A stretch of 64,000 nucleotides of DNA, from positions 21,419,518 through 21,483,517 of the forward strand of contig NC_083408.1 in NCBI RefSeq assembly GCF_020745735.1, in the 5' to 3' direction. The notes under the pieces were generated by a model. The model saw nothing but the letters and a program-made list of their open reading frames with translations, was not told the origin of the DNA and searched no databases. This stretch comes from Hemiscyllium ocellatum (taxonomy: Eukaryota). Position numbers and translations under genes: made by a program. Position 1 is the first letter of the stretch. Every line of letters begins with the position of its first letter. Below are positions 38,860-51,680 of the stretch, in pieces.

Positions 38860-40320
38860 CTGTATTATTTTCTTAAATGCAAGAGATATGCCTGAGTGAG
38901 GAAAGATGTGGGATACATAGCATGGGAAAGGATGCTGCAGGGGATGGGACAATTGAAATGTGGAGCGTGTTCATGTAACAGCAAGTGTATGTACCGATCT
39001 GGCAGGGAAGAAGGAATCTAGCGTGAGAAACGTGGGTTCGTAAAGAAGTTGAATCTCTTATGAAGAGGGAAAAGGAGGCTTACGTAAATATGAGACGTGA
39101 AGACTCAGTTAGGATGTTTCAGTGTTATAATTTAGCTAGGAAGGACCTAAATAGAGAGCTAAGAACAGCCAGCAGTGGACATCAGACGGAGTTGACAGGT
39201 AGGAACAAGGAGAATCCTAAAATTTTATATAGCTATGTCAGGAATAAAGGAATGACTAGAATAAGATTACAGCCTGTCAAGGACAGTAGTGGGAATTTGT
39301 GCGTGGATTTCAAAGAGACAGGGGAGGCGTTAAATGAATACTGTTTGTTTGTATTGTCAGTGGGAAAAGATAATGTTGCCTTGGAGAATACTGTGATGCA
39401 GACTACTGGACTAGACGGGGTTAATACTCATAAAGAGGAGGTTTGAGCAATTATCGAAAGTGTGAAAATATACAATTTCCCTTTGTCATATGGCATTTAT
39501 CAGAGGATTTTCGAGGGAGCCGAGGGAAGACATTTCTCAGCCTTTGGCTTTGTTTTTTTTTGTCATCATTGTCTACAGGAATAGTGCCAGAAGACATGAA
39601 GCTACCAAATGTTGTTCCCTTGTTCAGGAAGTGGAGTGGAGACAACCCTGGCAATTATAGACCAGAAGGCATTATTGCAATTGTGGTTAAAGTGTTGAAA
39701 AGAATTATATGAGATAGGATTACTAATCATCCAGAACGGAATAATGTGATTAGAGATACTCAGCAAGGTTTAGAGAAGGGTGGGTTGTAAGTCGAAAACC
39801 TTGAGAGTTCTTGAAAGATAACTAAACAGCTGGATGAGGGTAAGCGGTTCATGTGGTGTATATGGATTTCACGAAACCGTTTGATAAGGTTCCCCACGGT
39901 AGGCTATTGCAGAAAATACAGGAGCATGGAATTGAGCGTGATTTGGCTGTGTGGATCAGAAATAAACAAGCTGAAATAAGACAGGGGGCTGTGGTTGATG
40001 GGAAATGTTCATCTTGGAGCTCAGTAAAACAACACACGAATGTGTTTTTGGACCACGCTGGTTGTGTGTGTGTGTGTGTTTTAATAATATATGACCTGGA
40101 TGAGTGCCTAGAAGAATGAATTAGTACATTTGCAGATCATCCTAAAGTCAGTGGAGTTGTGGAAAGTTCAAAATAATGTTGTGTTTTACAGAGGGACATA
40201 TATAAGCTGCAGAGCTGGACTGAGACGTGGCAAATGCAGTTTAATGCAGAAAGGTGTGAGATGATTCATTTTGCAAGGATTAACAGGAATACTGGGCTAA
40301 CTGAAGATCATTTTTTAAAA
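38860..40320 (+). mobile_element. CR1 LINE tether and RT fragment
   Basis: ORFs 39060-39446, 39443-39712 (NVVPLFRK..NPGNYRP) and 39853-40119 (YMDFTKPFDKVPHGRL). Confidence 0.9.
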
Positions 40321-40930
40321 GTATCTCTCTAATCTCTCTTATGATCTCTGACTGTCTTGTCACCTGCCGTCTCCCATTTCACTTACCTTAATCTTGTTAA
40401 GCTACTCACCAACACTGATACACTAGAACATACAGTTCAGCAGCAAGATTGGCCATGTGGCTGCTTGGACCTACTCCACTATCAATAAGATCATGGTTGG
40501 TCCAATTGTGGTCTCAGTTTCTGGTCTACTCCTCACATTCGTCGACCACCTTGTCGAACAAGAGTTTAAACAGGTATGAGTATGTTTACTGACTGCCATT
40601 CTTATTCACTGACAAATTGAGTGTGACGGGATCGCCCTCACAAGAAAGATAATGTCCTCTCATTGGAAACCTAATAAAATTCAATGGATAGTTTTCAGTT
40701 TGGAGGGATGTTTGGAGTGCAGTTTCACAGGGATGGATATAGGGACCCCTGCGTTTTCCCGATTTTTAAAAAATAATATAAATCGTAATGTGGAGAGGCG
40801 ATCTGAAAATTTGAAGATAACATTGAATGTGGAAGAATTTTAAACTGTGAAGACAGATAAGTTCGAACTGTAAAAGGGTATCAACGACTTGGAGTGAGCG
40901 GACAGTTGGCAGAAGAGGTTCAATGTGAAG

Positions 40931-41245
40931 TATTAGATTAGATTTACAGTGTGGAAACAGGCCCTTCGGCCCAACAAGTCCACACCGACCCGCCGAAGCG
41001 CAACCCACCCATACCCCGACACATACCCCTTACCTAACACTACGGGCAATTTTTTTAGCATGGCCAATTCACCTGACCCGCACATCTTTGGACAGTGGGA
41101 GGAAACCGGAGCACCCGGAGGAAACCCACGCAGACACGGGGAGAACGTGCAAACTCCACACAGTCAGTCGCCTGAGGCGGGAATTGAACCCAGGTCCCTG
41201 GCGCTGTGAGGCAGCAGTGCTAACCACTGTGCCACCGTGCCGCCC
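40931..41245 (-). mobile_element. HE1 SINE, full length, low divergence
   Basis: Reverse complement starts GGGCGGCACGGTGGCACAGTGGTTAGCACTGCTGCC, CpGs retained, ends ...CACACTGTAAATCTAATCTAA. Confidence 0.97.
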
Positions 41246-41699
41246 TGAAAGGTATGAGGTGATTAACTTTGGTTGGAAGAATATTTGAAGCCAATTTAAA
41301 ATAGGGAGTGCAATTCTAAATTAGCATAGGAATTTGAGTGTAGATGTACACAAATCATTGAGGTTGGGAGGACTGATGAAAAGAGCATAGAATATAAGAC
41401 ATAGAAACATGAAGCACAGTACAAACACTTTGACCCTCTATGATGGGCCGACCTGTGATACCAATCTAAAGGCCATCTAATCCACACTTTTCCATTACTA
41501 TCCACACATTTATCCAATGGCAATTTAAATGCCTTTAAAGTTAGCGAGCTGGAACTGATTAACGTAATCAGAAATAGATAGCAAATTTCAGAGAACGTAC
41601 TTCAGGGTTGGATTTTATTAACCATAACAACATAATCCAATCACGGCAATCACTTGTGAACAAAGAACAATGAACTAAGAAAAAAATCAGCACAGGCTG

Positions 41700-43200
41700 C
41701 GCCAATCTCGATACTTTATCTAAACCTGTTGCCTTTTTACTAAGGATTTGCATTTCTCTGTTCCATGCACGTTCCTGTATCTTTCTAGATAAGTCATGAA
41801 TGACGGTGTCGTGCCAGCGTTTACCATCGCCACTGGCAAAGCCTTCCAGGCACTCACCACTCTCTGCATAAAGAACTTTTCACGCATATTTCCCTTACAC
41901 GTTTCTCCTCTCACCTGGAACTCGTGACCACTCGTATTGAGCTCCCCACTCTCTGAAAAATCTTTTTGCTATCCACCCTGTCTCTAAGTTTCATGACTTT
42001 GTCGACCTCAACCAGGTCTCCTCTCAAAGTCCGTCGTTCTAATGAAAATAATCCTAATCGACTCAACCTCGCTTCATCGTTAGGGTTCTCCATACCAGAC
42101 AACATCTTGGTGAAACTCGTCTGCACCCTCTCCAAAACATTCGTACACTTTAGAAATTGTAGCGGCCAGAACTGTATTTAGTATTCCAAAGTCTTCTACA
42201 ACTGTAACATGACCTGAAAACTCTTGTCCAACTCAGGAAAGCAAGTTGTATGCTTTCTTTACCATCCTATTGGCCTGCGTGGTCAACTTCAGGATACAAT
42301 GAACCTGAACACCCAGATATCTCTGTACATCAATATTCCCCAGGAGCTTCCATTCGCTATATATTTCGCTCTTGAATTGGATCTTCGAAAGTTCATGATC
42401 TTGCATTTACTTGAGTTGAACTGTATCTGTCATTGTCCTATACAACTCTCCAATCTATCTATATTCTGTTTCATTCTCTGACAATCCCATTCTGTCTCTG
42501 CTTCTCCACCAACCTTAGTCATCTGCAATACGCTAATCAGACCACCAGTACGTCCGGATCATTTATATAAGTCACAAACAACTGTCGTCTCAGCACTTAT
42601 CACGTTTCTCATTTTTGAGCAATTCCCTTCCACTACTAGTTTCTGTCTCCCAATTGCCCAGGTAATTAGAACCAATCTAACCGTCTATCCATCTAGCAAT
42701 TGCATCTTGAACACCATGTAACTTCACCTTCTCCATCAGCCTACCATGAGGAACCTTGCTAATGCCTTAGCGAAGTCTATGTATATGGTATCTACAAAAC
42801 AGCACACCCTATCAATCAACTTTGTCACTTCCTCAAAAAATTATTTTAAGTTAGTAAGAAATGCCCTTCTCTGCAGAAAACAATGTTGCCTATTACTGAT
42901 AAGGCCATTTTCTTCCCGTTGGAAATAGATGCTATCCCTCAGTATTTTTTCCAGCAGTTTCCCTACCACTGACGCCAGATTCACCGGTCCATAATTATCT
43001 GGATTACCCCAGTTACCCTTCTTAAACAAGGGGAGAACATTAGTATTTCTCCACGCCACTGGACCTCACGCGTGTTAAGGATGGTGAAAAGATATCTGTT
43101 AAGGTCCCAAAAATTTCCTTTTTCGTTTCCTCAGTATCGTAGGATTCATCCACATCGAACCGGGGACGTTCCACCTTAACGCCTTTAAGAATAACCAATA
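41700..43200 (-). mobile_element. CR1 LINE fragments
   Basis: ORFs 41911-42135 (RLGLFSLERRTLRGDL) and 42841-43059 (NVLPLFKKG..NYGPVNL). Confidence 0.88.
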
Positions 43201-43599
43201 CCTCTTCCATCCTTCGGCCCACTTGAGCGAGGGTAGCCTTGGTATCTCCATTTGTCGCATGAACAAATATCCTCTACCTAATATGAATCCACTGGTGTAC
43301 AGAGAAATCAGATGATCACCTAAAACCACCCGCACAGAGTATCCTATTCATTCAAGCTCAGATCCACTGTAAACAACATCTGCCTGTATCCTCTTTATGT
43401 CTGCTGCTCATCTCTTCCCTGATCACTGCAGTGTCAATTCGTGTTCTATTTGCAAATTCTGAAGATGTGTTTTGCCATATAGTGCAAACTGCATTCCAAA
43501 GTGCTGCCACGATGCTGACATGCTGTCGAAATTAAGATTAGCATCGGCAAATTTAACACAATCAAACAGTCATTTATATAAGAAGTGTTGTCAAGGAAT

Positions 43600-45915
43600 A
43601 GTTCAAGCTTCAAATCTGAAGTCACGGCTGGGGACACTGTGGAGCATGTGCAAGGCAGAAAGTATCATGTATATCGCGTATGGAGCGGTGGTCACACTAC
43701 AGGCTCTGATCCTGCAGGCAGGAAGGGAATGGGTGAACACCAGGCAGTGCAAGACAGATAGGCATGTCGAGCAACAATCTCCTCTGGCCCTTCCGCTGGA
43801 AAACAGTTACACCGTTTGTGTTACTGTTGAGGGGAATCACCTCTTCGGAGAAAACAGTTGCAGACATCTCATTGCACGACGTTTGGTTCTGCTGCAGTGT
43901 CGAGGGATAAAAAGTATTCCAGAGCAATGGTTACAGGGGACTCAATTGTAAAGGGAAAATAAAAGCGTTCCAGTGGTTGTAAACGAGACTCCAAGATGGT
44001 ATTTTGCCTTCCTGGTGCCAGCAACAAGGATGCCTCACAGCTTGTACAAAACATTCTGGAGGGATAAGGTGAACGACCTGTTGTTGTGGTACATATTGGT
44101 ACGAATGATATTGGTAACTAGGAAGAAAATTAAGAAATTGGACCTCAGAGGTTGTGATATAAGGAATACTGCCCATCCACCTACTAGTCTATGTCGAAAT
44201 GAAAGGATATTGTGACTGAATACGTGCCTGAAAAGATGCTGTCAGGAGACCTGTTTCAAATTACTGTGGCGTTAAGTCCGGTTCTGGGGAAGGTGAGACC
44301 TGTACAGATTGAACGAATTATACCTGGGCAAGACTAGGACTGCTGTCCTTGGGGGTCTATTTGCTAGAGGTTTTGGGGAAGGTTTCAACTAACATACTGG
44401 TTGGTTGAACCACTGTAAGGGGTCAGAGAAGGAGGCATCAAGAACAAAAAACAAAACGTAGAAAAGTAAGTTAGAACAACGATAGGCAGAGAAATCAATG
44501 ACAATGAAAGCAGCTTTTGAGAAAAGCAATGGGTACGATGCCATGAGAAGAGGATCACAGTCAATATAGCTGTGTGAAACACCTTGGGGGTGAGCAACAG
44601 TATAGAAGTTTTTATCAAGTTAGAGAAAGAAAATTTGATTCAGTGAATAGATTATTGCATCTTACTAAAGGAAAACTATGAAGAAATGATGCGTGTGTTT
44701 GGGCTTATATAGATTAGAGAGACTTATTTGAAGAGATAGCAATAAATATGCAATGGAAAACATTCAAGCAACGCATGACGGAGGTGCAACAACTCCTTAC
44801 TGTCAGATGGCACAAAACTAACAAGGGTAAGAGGGCCAATTTTATCGCTTCCACCCAAAATTAGAGAAAGTATCCAGTTCAAGGAATAAACATACAGATT
44901 GCCCAAGAAAACGAATAGGTAAGGATTGTGAGCAGTTTCGAATTAAGCAAAGATGGACCAAGGGAGCGGGGAATACACTACGAATGTGGGAAGTCATGGG
45001 GATTGGTGCTGGGACCCCAGCTTTGAACAAGATATATTAATGATTTGTGTGTGGGAACAAATTGTAACATCTCGAAGTTTTCAGATGATTTCAACTTGGT
45101 TGGGTGGGTGAAGTGTGATGACGATGCAGAGATCCGTCATCGCGATATGGACGGGTTAGGTGAGTGGGAAAATCAATCGCAGATGCAGCATAATTATGGA
45201 AATATATGATGTTATTCACTCTGAAACCAAAACAAGAAGTCAGATTACTATCTAATGGCTGTAAATTGGGGGAGTGTGTGTGCAGTCACACCCGGGACCT
45301 CTGCTATACCATTCGCTGAAGCTAGGTATGCATGTACAGCAGGGGGTAAATGAGGCAAATGGAATTTGGCCTTCATCACGAGAGGTGTCGAGTACCAGAG
45401 CAGGGATGTGTTATTGCAGTTATGCAGGGACGTGGTGCTCCTCCTCTCAAGGAAATGCAGCGAGGTTTTGCCAGGCATATTCTAAGGATGGCGGGACTGA
45501 TGTATGAGGAGAGATTAACGAGGTTAGGATTGTTTTCACCGTAGTTCAGAAGAATGAGAGGAATTCTCATAGACACGTACAAAATTCTAACAGGACTAGA
45601 CAGGCTTGATGCACAGAGAATGTTCCCGATGATGAGTGTATCCCGAAACAGGGGTCATAGTCTGAGGATACATGGTGGACACTTAGGATGGAGATGCACA
45701 GATATGCGGAGGGGTAAGTTCATTGGCTCAGGAAGTAGTCGATTTCTAAACGTTGAATGCATTCAAAAGGTGGCTAGATATAAGGCGTGGCGTGAATGTG
45801 TTCAAAGATTATGGGGAGAAAACAGGATTAGGTTACTGATTTGAACGATAAGCCATGATTGTGATGAATGATGGAGCATACTCGAAGGGGTGAATTGCCA
45901 CCTCCATGTTTCTAT
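43600..45915 (+). mobile_element. CR1 LINE with ORF1 SGNH esterase remnant, internally deleted, running to the 3' tail
   Basis: GDSIVKG (about 43936-43956), LPGA, VVVHIGTNDIG (about 44080-44115); RT and C-terminal remnants 45000-45700; tail ...TGTTTCTATG at about 45910. Confidence 0.8.
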
Positions 45916-46552
45916 GACTCAAAATTGGCCACATCTGTGTTTACATCACTCTGGATCCTATCTAATTTCTTCTTGCACTCTTCCAACCTTTTGCATCACC
46001 CTCACCACCACTCCCCATCTTGTTACATCAGGCTTCTTTGGTTCATTTGACACAGGCTTTCTCGTCATTCATGATGTCACAGTTTATATTGCACGTGAAC
46101 GTCGAATTCTGCAGTTCAGATTCAGGAAACAAAACTGACAAGAGCGTCCTACTTTTTCACATAACTAATAAACGCATCTTCAACTATGGCTAATCAACCA
46201 AGCCCACGCATCCTTGGACACAATGGGAAAATTTAACACGGCAAATCCTGGATCATTGGACTGTGTGACGAATCCCGAGCACCGCTGGACTTTGTAGAAG
46301 GAGGGCATTATAGGCTACAGTTTGATGCAGAAAATGTTCTCTCTTAGGGGAGAGTCTAGGATGAAACAGCATGATCTTAGGACTAGTGTAAGCCCTCAGT
46401 AAGACAGAGATGAGGAGGATTCTGTTCTTTAGCACGTATGGCTGTCGAATTTGTGTCATTAAATATATTGAATGGTGAGACATTTTCAATGAGATTCGAA
46501 ATGTGCGGCACTGCAAAAGCACAGCTGGTCAATCAGCATCTGACGACCAGGA

Positions 46553-46589
46553 GAGCAGACATTTCGTGAATAAGCTCTTTATCAGGAAT
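46553..46589 (-). ncRNA. Decayed hammerhead motif, family A, in a PLE terminal repeat
   Basis: ATTC-CTGATAA-A-GAGC-TTAT-TCAC-GAAA-TGTC; several core and stem mutations. Confidence 0.35.
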
Positions 46590-49500
46590 GCTACATGACT
46601 CGCTGTATTTTTCCAGCGCCATACATTTCAAATATGACTCATTAACTTTCTCAGCTCTCGCTTTTTAATCAGAAAGTGAATAAAAGGTCTCGATAAAAGA
46701 AAGGACCATGGACTTGAGGATGATCAGATCTGCCATAATCTCATTGATTGGTACAACGGACTCGACATCTGAATGGCCAAAGTCTGGTCCTTCAATTTAT
46801 AATGTTAAAATGAAGCTGTGTAACTCATGTGATGAGTGTCCGTCAAGTACTCTCTGGAGAGTCGGACGGTGAGGGGTGACGTTCTACAGGTTTATAAAAT
46901 CATGAGGGGCATGGATAGACAAGGGGTACAGAGCGGTATATGAATAGAAAGGGTTTAGTGGGATATGGGCAAAGTGCTGTCAAATACGGCTCGATCTTTT
47001 TAGGATAGCTGGTTGGTATGGACGAGTTGGAAAAAAGGGTCTGTTTCTACGCAATACATTTTTATGACGCTATGACTCTGATTCTAAAAGTGGTTAGGGC
47101 AGACCAGCAAGAAATTTCACTGAAGGTCACTCAAAACCCACCCTAACGAAGCTTAAAATAATACTTATTAATGAAACAATTTTAAATTTAACACAGTGCA
47201 TTAAAAACGTAAGAAGGCTATTCTCTGTACTGAATGCCACAAAGAAAACTGACGTGTCAGTGCAGGATGGCATGAAGACTGGTGAAGAGATATCAGTGCA
47301 GATATGGGAAACCATTGGATGGCACGCATTCTGGCACTGATGTTTGCAAGTGCAGAATTGAGTGGACAGCGACATGGACATCGGTGCATGTGCAGATTGA
47401 AGCGTGCAAACAATGCCCATTGGGACAGTGTCGTTGCCCGAGGATTTACTTGTTCTCAAAAATACCATTTCCAAATTCATCAGTGACATTATAAGCAAAT
47501 CCTGCTGACAAAATATGCCTTATCCCAAGACTACCTATACCTGCACAACAGATACTTTTTTTTCACTTTCATTGAGGTACGATGACTCTGATTAATTAGA
47601 TTACATTTTTGCAAATATGAGTTTTATATTTACAATAATTGGTTCCAACAATTTTAGAATTCTAGATGCTCGCCTAACCGACCTAAACTTCCTCTTTTGG
47701 CCCCAGTCCTAACTTTTGAGAAGGTTATAAATTTTGATATTTTCTTATTGCCTGGTACGTTTCTCAATCCCAGACGCTTGGGCAAATCTGCACCGAATCC
47801 TCTGGTAACCTGTGAAGGACTCTGTTATATTCGGTGTTATCACACCCTTCACTCAGCCAATAACATGGTATTGCAGAATGAGTTAGCCAAAGTAAGCTTT
47901 TATTTGGTGCTTAGGCATCACTGAATGTAAACCCAGAATCTCTTATTTACTAGAATCGCACTTTAACAAACTGAGCGGTAGCTCCGCATATGGCATCCTT
48001 CATACCAATCAATTCATCTATCACCTGAAATGTTTTTGTGCTTTAGTGTTGTTCAACGATAACTTCAATAACCTTGAACTCTTCCAAAAGAAGGACAATC
48101 CACAACTGAAAACATGGAGAAATACATAACTTCATTTTGCATTGATGTAAAAGTGTTAAATTCACCTTCTGAAGTGATGGGATAAAGATAACGTGTTCAT
48201 CCTCCCAGGGCACATTAACTGCGTTAATTCACACGGACAGAAACTCGCAGGTGGAAGAGGTTCATTCTGGTTAATTGATTAGGAATGACCTGTAAGTCAA
48301 TGTAAACAGTAGGCAATAAACGCTGACGCATTCGCAACTACACTGAGAGTCACAACACAAACTCCAGACTCACTCCCTGCTTTGTACTCTCCAGTCATCA
48401 CTGTTTTTCCATCTCTTTTCACTCCCTCGCTTCATTCCTGAAATTACTGTCGAATGAATCCAAAACTACATTTTAAAAGAATCCTGGGATATGGATTTCA
48501 TTCGTTTGAATAGGATTCATTGCTCATCCGTAATGACCCCAGAGATGGATGTGACCAGATACTTTTTTGAACTGCTTTGCATGTAGGTACAGCTCTGACG
48601 CTGTCCGGGAAGGAACAATGAAATATTTCCAATTCAAGATAGAAAACGATAGTTTTCTCACGTATTTGCTTCCATTGTCCTTCTAGATAGCAGAAAACTA
48701 TCATTGGAAAGATAATGACAAATTCAGTATGTGTTTTCAGTTTTGATCCAGGGATTAACTTTCACTTGGACAAAAGTGGACACTCTTCTTCTGCCTGGAC
48801 ATTGTGCCTGGGACTGGGCAGTACAAGCTCTGAATCCTAACCACTAGATTGCCAGTGATGCTGACAGTAAGCCTTGCAATTTGATGTGTATGTGCTCTTG
48901 TGCCAGTTCACTTGAGAACTACCTTTTCTCTCTCTAAGGTTCAAAATGGTTCACATTGTTGCACCGGGTTTCGATTTGACGTACCCTAATCTACTGATTT
49001 GTTATTGCTCAACAGATATACTACAGGAAGTACAGGTCAGGTTGATAAGAACAGGGACCTGTTTTGAGTTACCGGATGTTCATGAGTGGCAGGTTCAACT
49101 TCTGTTTCCAGACTCCAAGCTAGAAATGAGCAGAAGCTACTCGTTGAATTTCTTTAGTTTCCTCATTCGAAGATAACATGACTCAAAGCGTAAAAGTATA
49201 TCTCACTGGAGTGGGTTATAAAAGTGAAAAAAAGATGAAAAGCTCCAACAGAAAGGAAAACAATGCTGAAGAAGGCACCTGAGAACAAATGCGTTTTCTT
49301 CACCCGTGAAATTGGCAGCTTATAAAAGCGGAGATCAGTGAATTGAAGCAGGAACTGTGTTTGCCTTTGTTTGTTGTGCAATGAAGTTGAAGGCATGTAC
49401 TCTACCTTCAAGAGCAAGTGAAAACCGTTTTGCACTGAGATCCTGTCTTGTGAATGACTGGCAGTATCAAGGTGTACTGAACAATTGAAAATATGAAATA

Positions 49501-50502
49501 CTTGTCTGTGAACAAAATACCTGAGTTTTGATTGCTGTGTTGATAACCATTCGAACTTAACCGATCAATTTAAATGATGGTGCAGGAAGTTAAAACACAT
49601 TTGATTTTGAATTTATTGCTATTGCCACCTCGAACCAATGAGATGATCAAAGTTTGGGGTACAAACAAGCAGGCATTGAGAGAATTAGCCACAGAGCGAT
49701 AAGCTGCCAATATCAGAGTTCCTGCCAGCGTAACACCTTCTGTTGAACGTACCTTGTTCATATGAAACATCTTTGCTGCAAAAGACCGGAATGACGCAAT
49801 GTGTCAGAGTAACAGAAAAGTGCAGATCAATTAGAAAAGTAACTTCCTTTATAATTGAGAAAAATGGAGTTATAAGGTAAACAAGGGAGAGAGAAAGAGA
49901 AAGAGAGCGAGAACAAAGAGGAAACGTGGAAAAAGCAAGGGAGAGAAGGAAAAGGGAGAGGGAAAGAGAAAGAGAGAGAAGAAGGAGAAAGAGGAAATGA
50001 AGGAGAGAGAAGGTTCTTAGCTGAACAAAGAGAGAAGAAAGAAAAAGAGAGAGAGAATTTGAACTTCAGAAGTTGCAACTTAGTCAAGAAAGTGAAGTGA
50101 ATAAAATGGAGTTGAAAAGCAAGGGTAGTGATGCATACAAATATGTTGAAACATTGCCACATTTTAAAGAGAAAGATTTCAAAACCTTCTTTATTTGAAT
50201 TGGAAAAATGGCTGGCCAGATAGACAGTTCCGAGACCTTGTGGGTAATGGTAGTTCAGACAAAGTTGATAGGCAAACATGAAGAAGGAATAGGTCAGACT
50301 TATGTTGATTTTGAAAGCATTAAGCATAGTAATTTTAATAGGTTGGTGTGGTCCTTAAACTAAATAAGATTTATGAGGCTATAAGAGAGTTAATTCTGCT
50401 GGTGGAGTATGAAAACACACTTCCGGTGGCGATAACAATTCATCCTCGAGAGTGTGGTGCTGGAACAGCATAGCAGGTCAGACAGCATCTGCTGAGCAAG
50501 AG

Positions 50503-50538
50503 AATCGACGTTTTTAGACATATGCCCGTCATCAGGGG
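50503..50538 (-). ncRNA. Hammerhead motif, family A, in a PLE terminal repeat nested in gag
   Basis: CCC-CTGATGA-C-GGGC-ATAT-GTCT-AAAAA-CGTC-GATT; G12 lost, palindromic ACGT plus C retained. Confidence 0.5.
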
Positions 50539-51477
50539 TTCATGTGGATGAACATAAAGTTCAAGAAATGCGAAGAGCAGGGGAGATGACAGATGACTAT
50601 ACAATGGTGCATAATGCAAAATTTACCTTCCAGAAATAATTTTGTCCTGTGGAGGAGAGACATTGAGGCTAGAGGAGATCCTACACTACAAAATAAAGAG
50701 TAGGGAACGCTGGTAATCGTTCACAAAACGTTAAAAAAGAGACCAGGACAGTGGAAATTAGGTCAAAAACCTCTGGTGTGTTCACTGTATTGCAGTGGGA
50801 CACAACAAATTACAGTGCCGGTTCTTTGAGAGAAACACAAGGGTTTTCACTGCTGGAAAGTTGGACACTTAAAATCACAGTGTTGTTCGATAAAGAAAGG
50901 CAGTGAGCGAAAAAGATGTGGAAAAGAGACTAAAGCAGCGACATCAGTAAAAGTAGTAAAGGAAATCCCAATAAAAGTCGAGCAGCTCCAGTAGAGTGTA
51001 CAGCTAAGGCAGGGTCTGAGTATGGAATTATCATCTTATCCCTATGAAGACTTAGCCTCTGTCTGTGAAGTTGACTCTGAAAGAATAGGGAGAACGGAAA
51101 GAAGTTACATTTTTGAGAGATACAGGATCGTATCAGTCTCTAATAATAAGAGACGAACGTATTTGCACTATTTCTGACTCTAAAGCGAGAAAGTGATAAC
51201 CTGTTGCTTAAATGGACAGAAATTTAGCTTTCTCCTGTGTAAGATGAGGTTGGAGTGCCAATTCAAGACTGTGGAAGTAAATGTGAGAGTGATTGACAGA
51301 GTGTCTGAATCAGGAGTACAGTTTGTTCTTGAGAACAACTCAGAAGGATCCAAAGTGGGGAACTGACTGCCTTTGTTGCGTGGAAGCCAAAGGAAGACCA
51401 GAGAATTGAGGAGTTAAAAGAAAATTAGCTTGGAGTTTTCCCAGACTGTGTAGCAACAAGATACCACTATTATAAGT

Positions 51478-51680
51478 AGAGAGTGTGGTGCTGGAAAAGC
51501 ATAGCAGATCAGGCAGCATCCGAGGAGCAGGAGAATCGACGTTTCTAGCATCAAACCTTCATCCGGAATGAGGCTTGTGGGCTGGGTAGGGGGAGGGCTG
51601 AGACATAAATGGGACGGGGTGGGTTTGGGGGAAAGTTAGCTGACAATGTGATAGGTAGATGAAGGTGGTGGCAAAAGTGA
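51478..51680 (-). mobile_element. PLE 3' fragment with family A hammerhead motif (51534-51569)
   Basis: Reverse complement ATTC-CGGATGA-A-GGTTTGATGCTA-GAA-ACGT-C-GATT, followed by the standard terminal repeat. Confidence 0.75.

Noticed and set aside
47220-47500. Overlapping ORFs with recurring GTGCAG motifs
   Set aside because: No consistent period and no recognisable protein motif in any frame.
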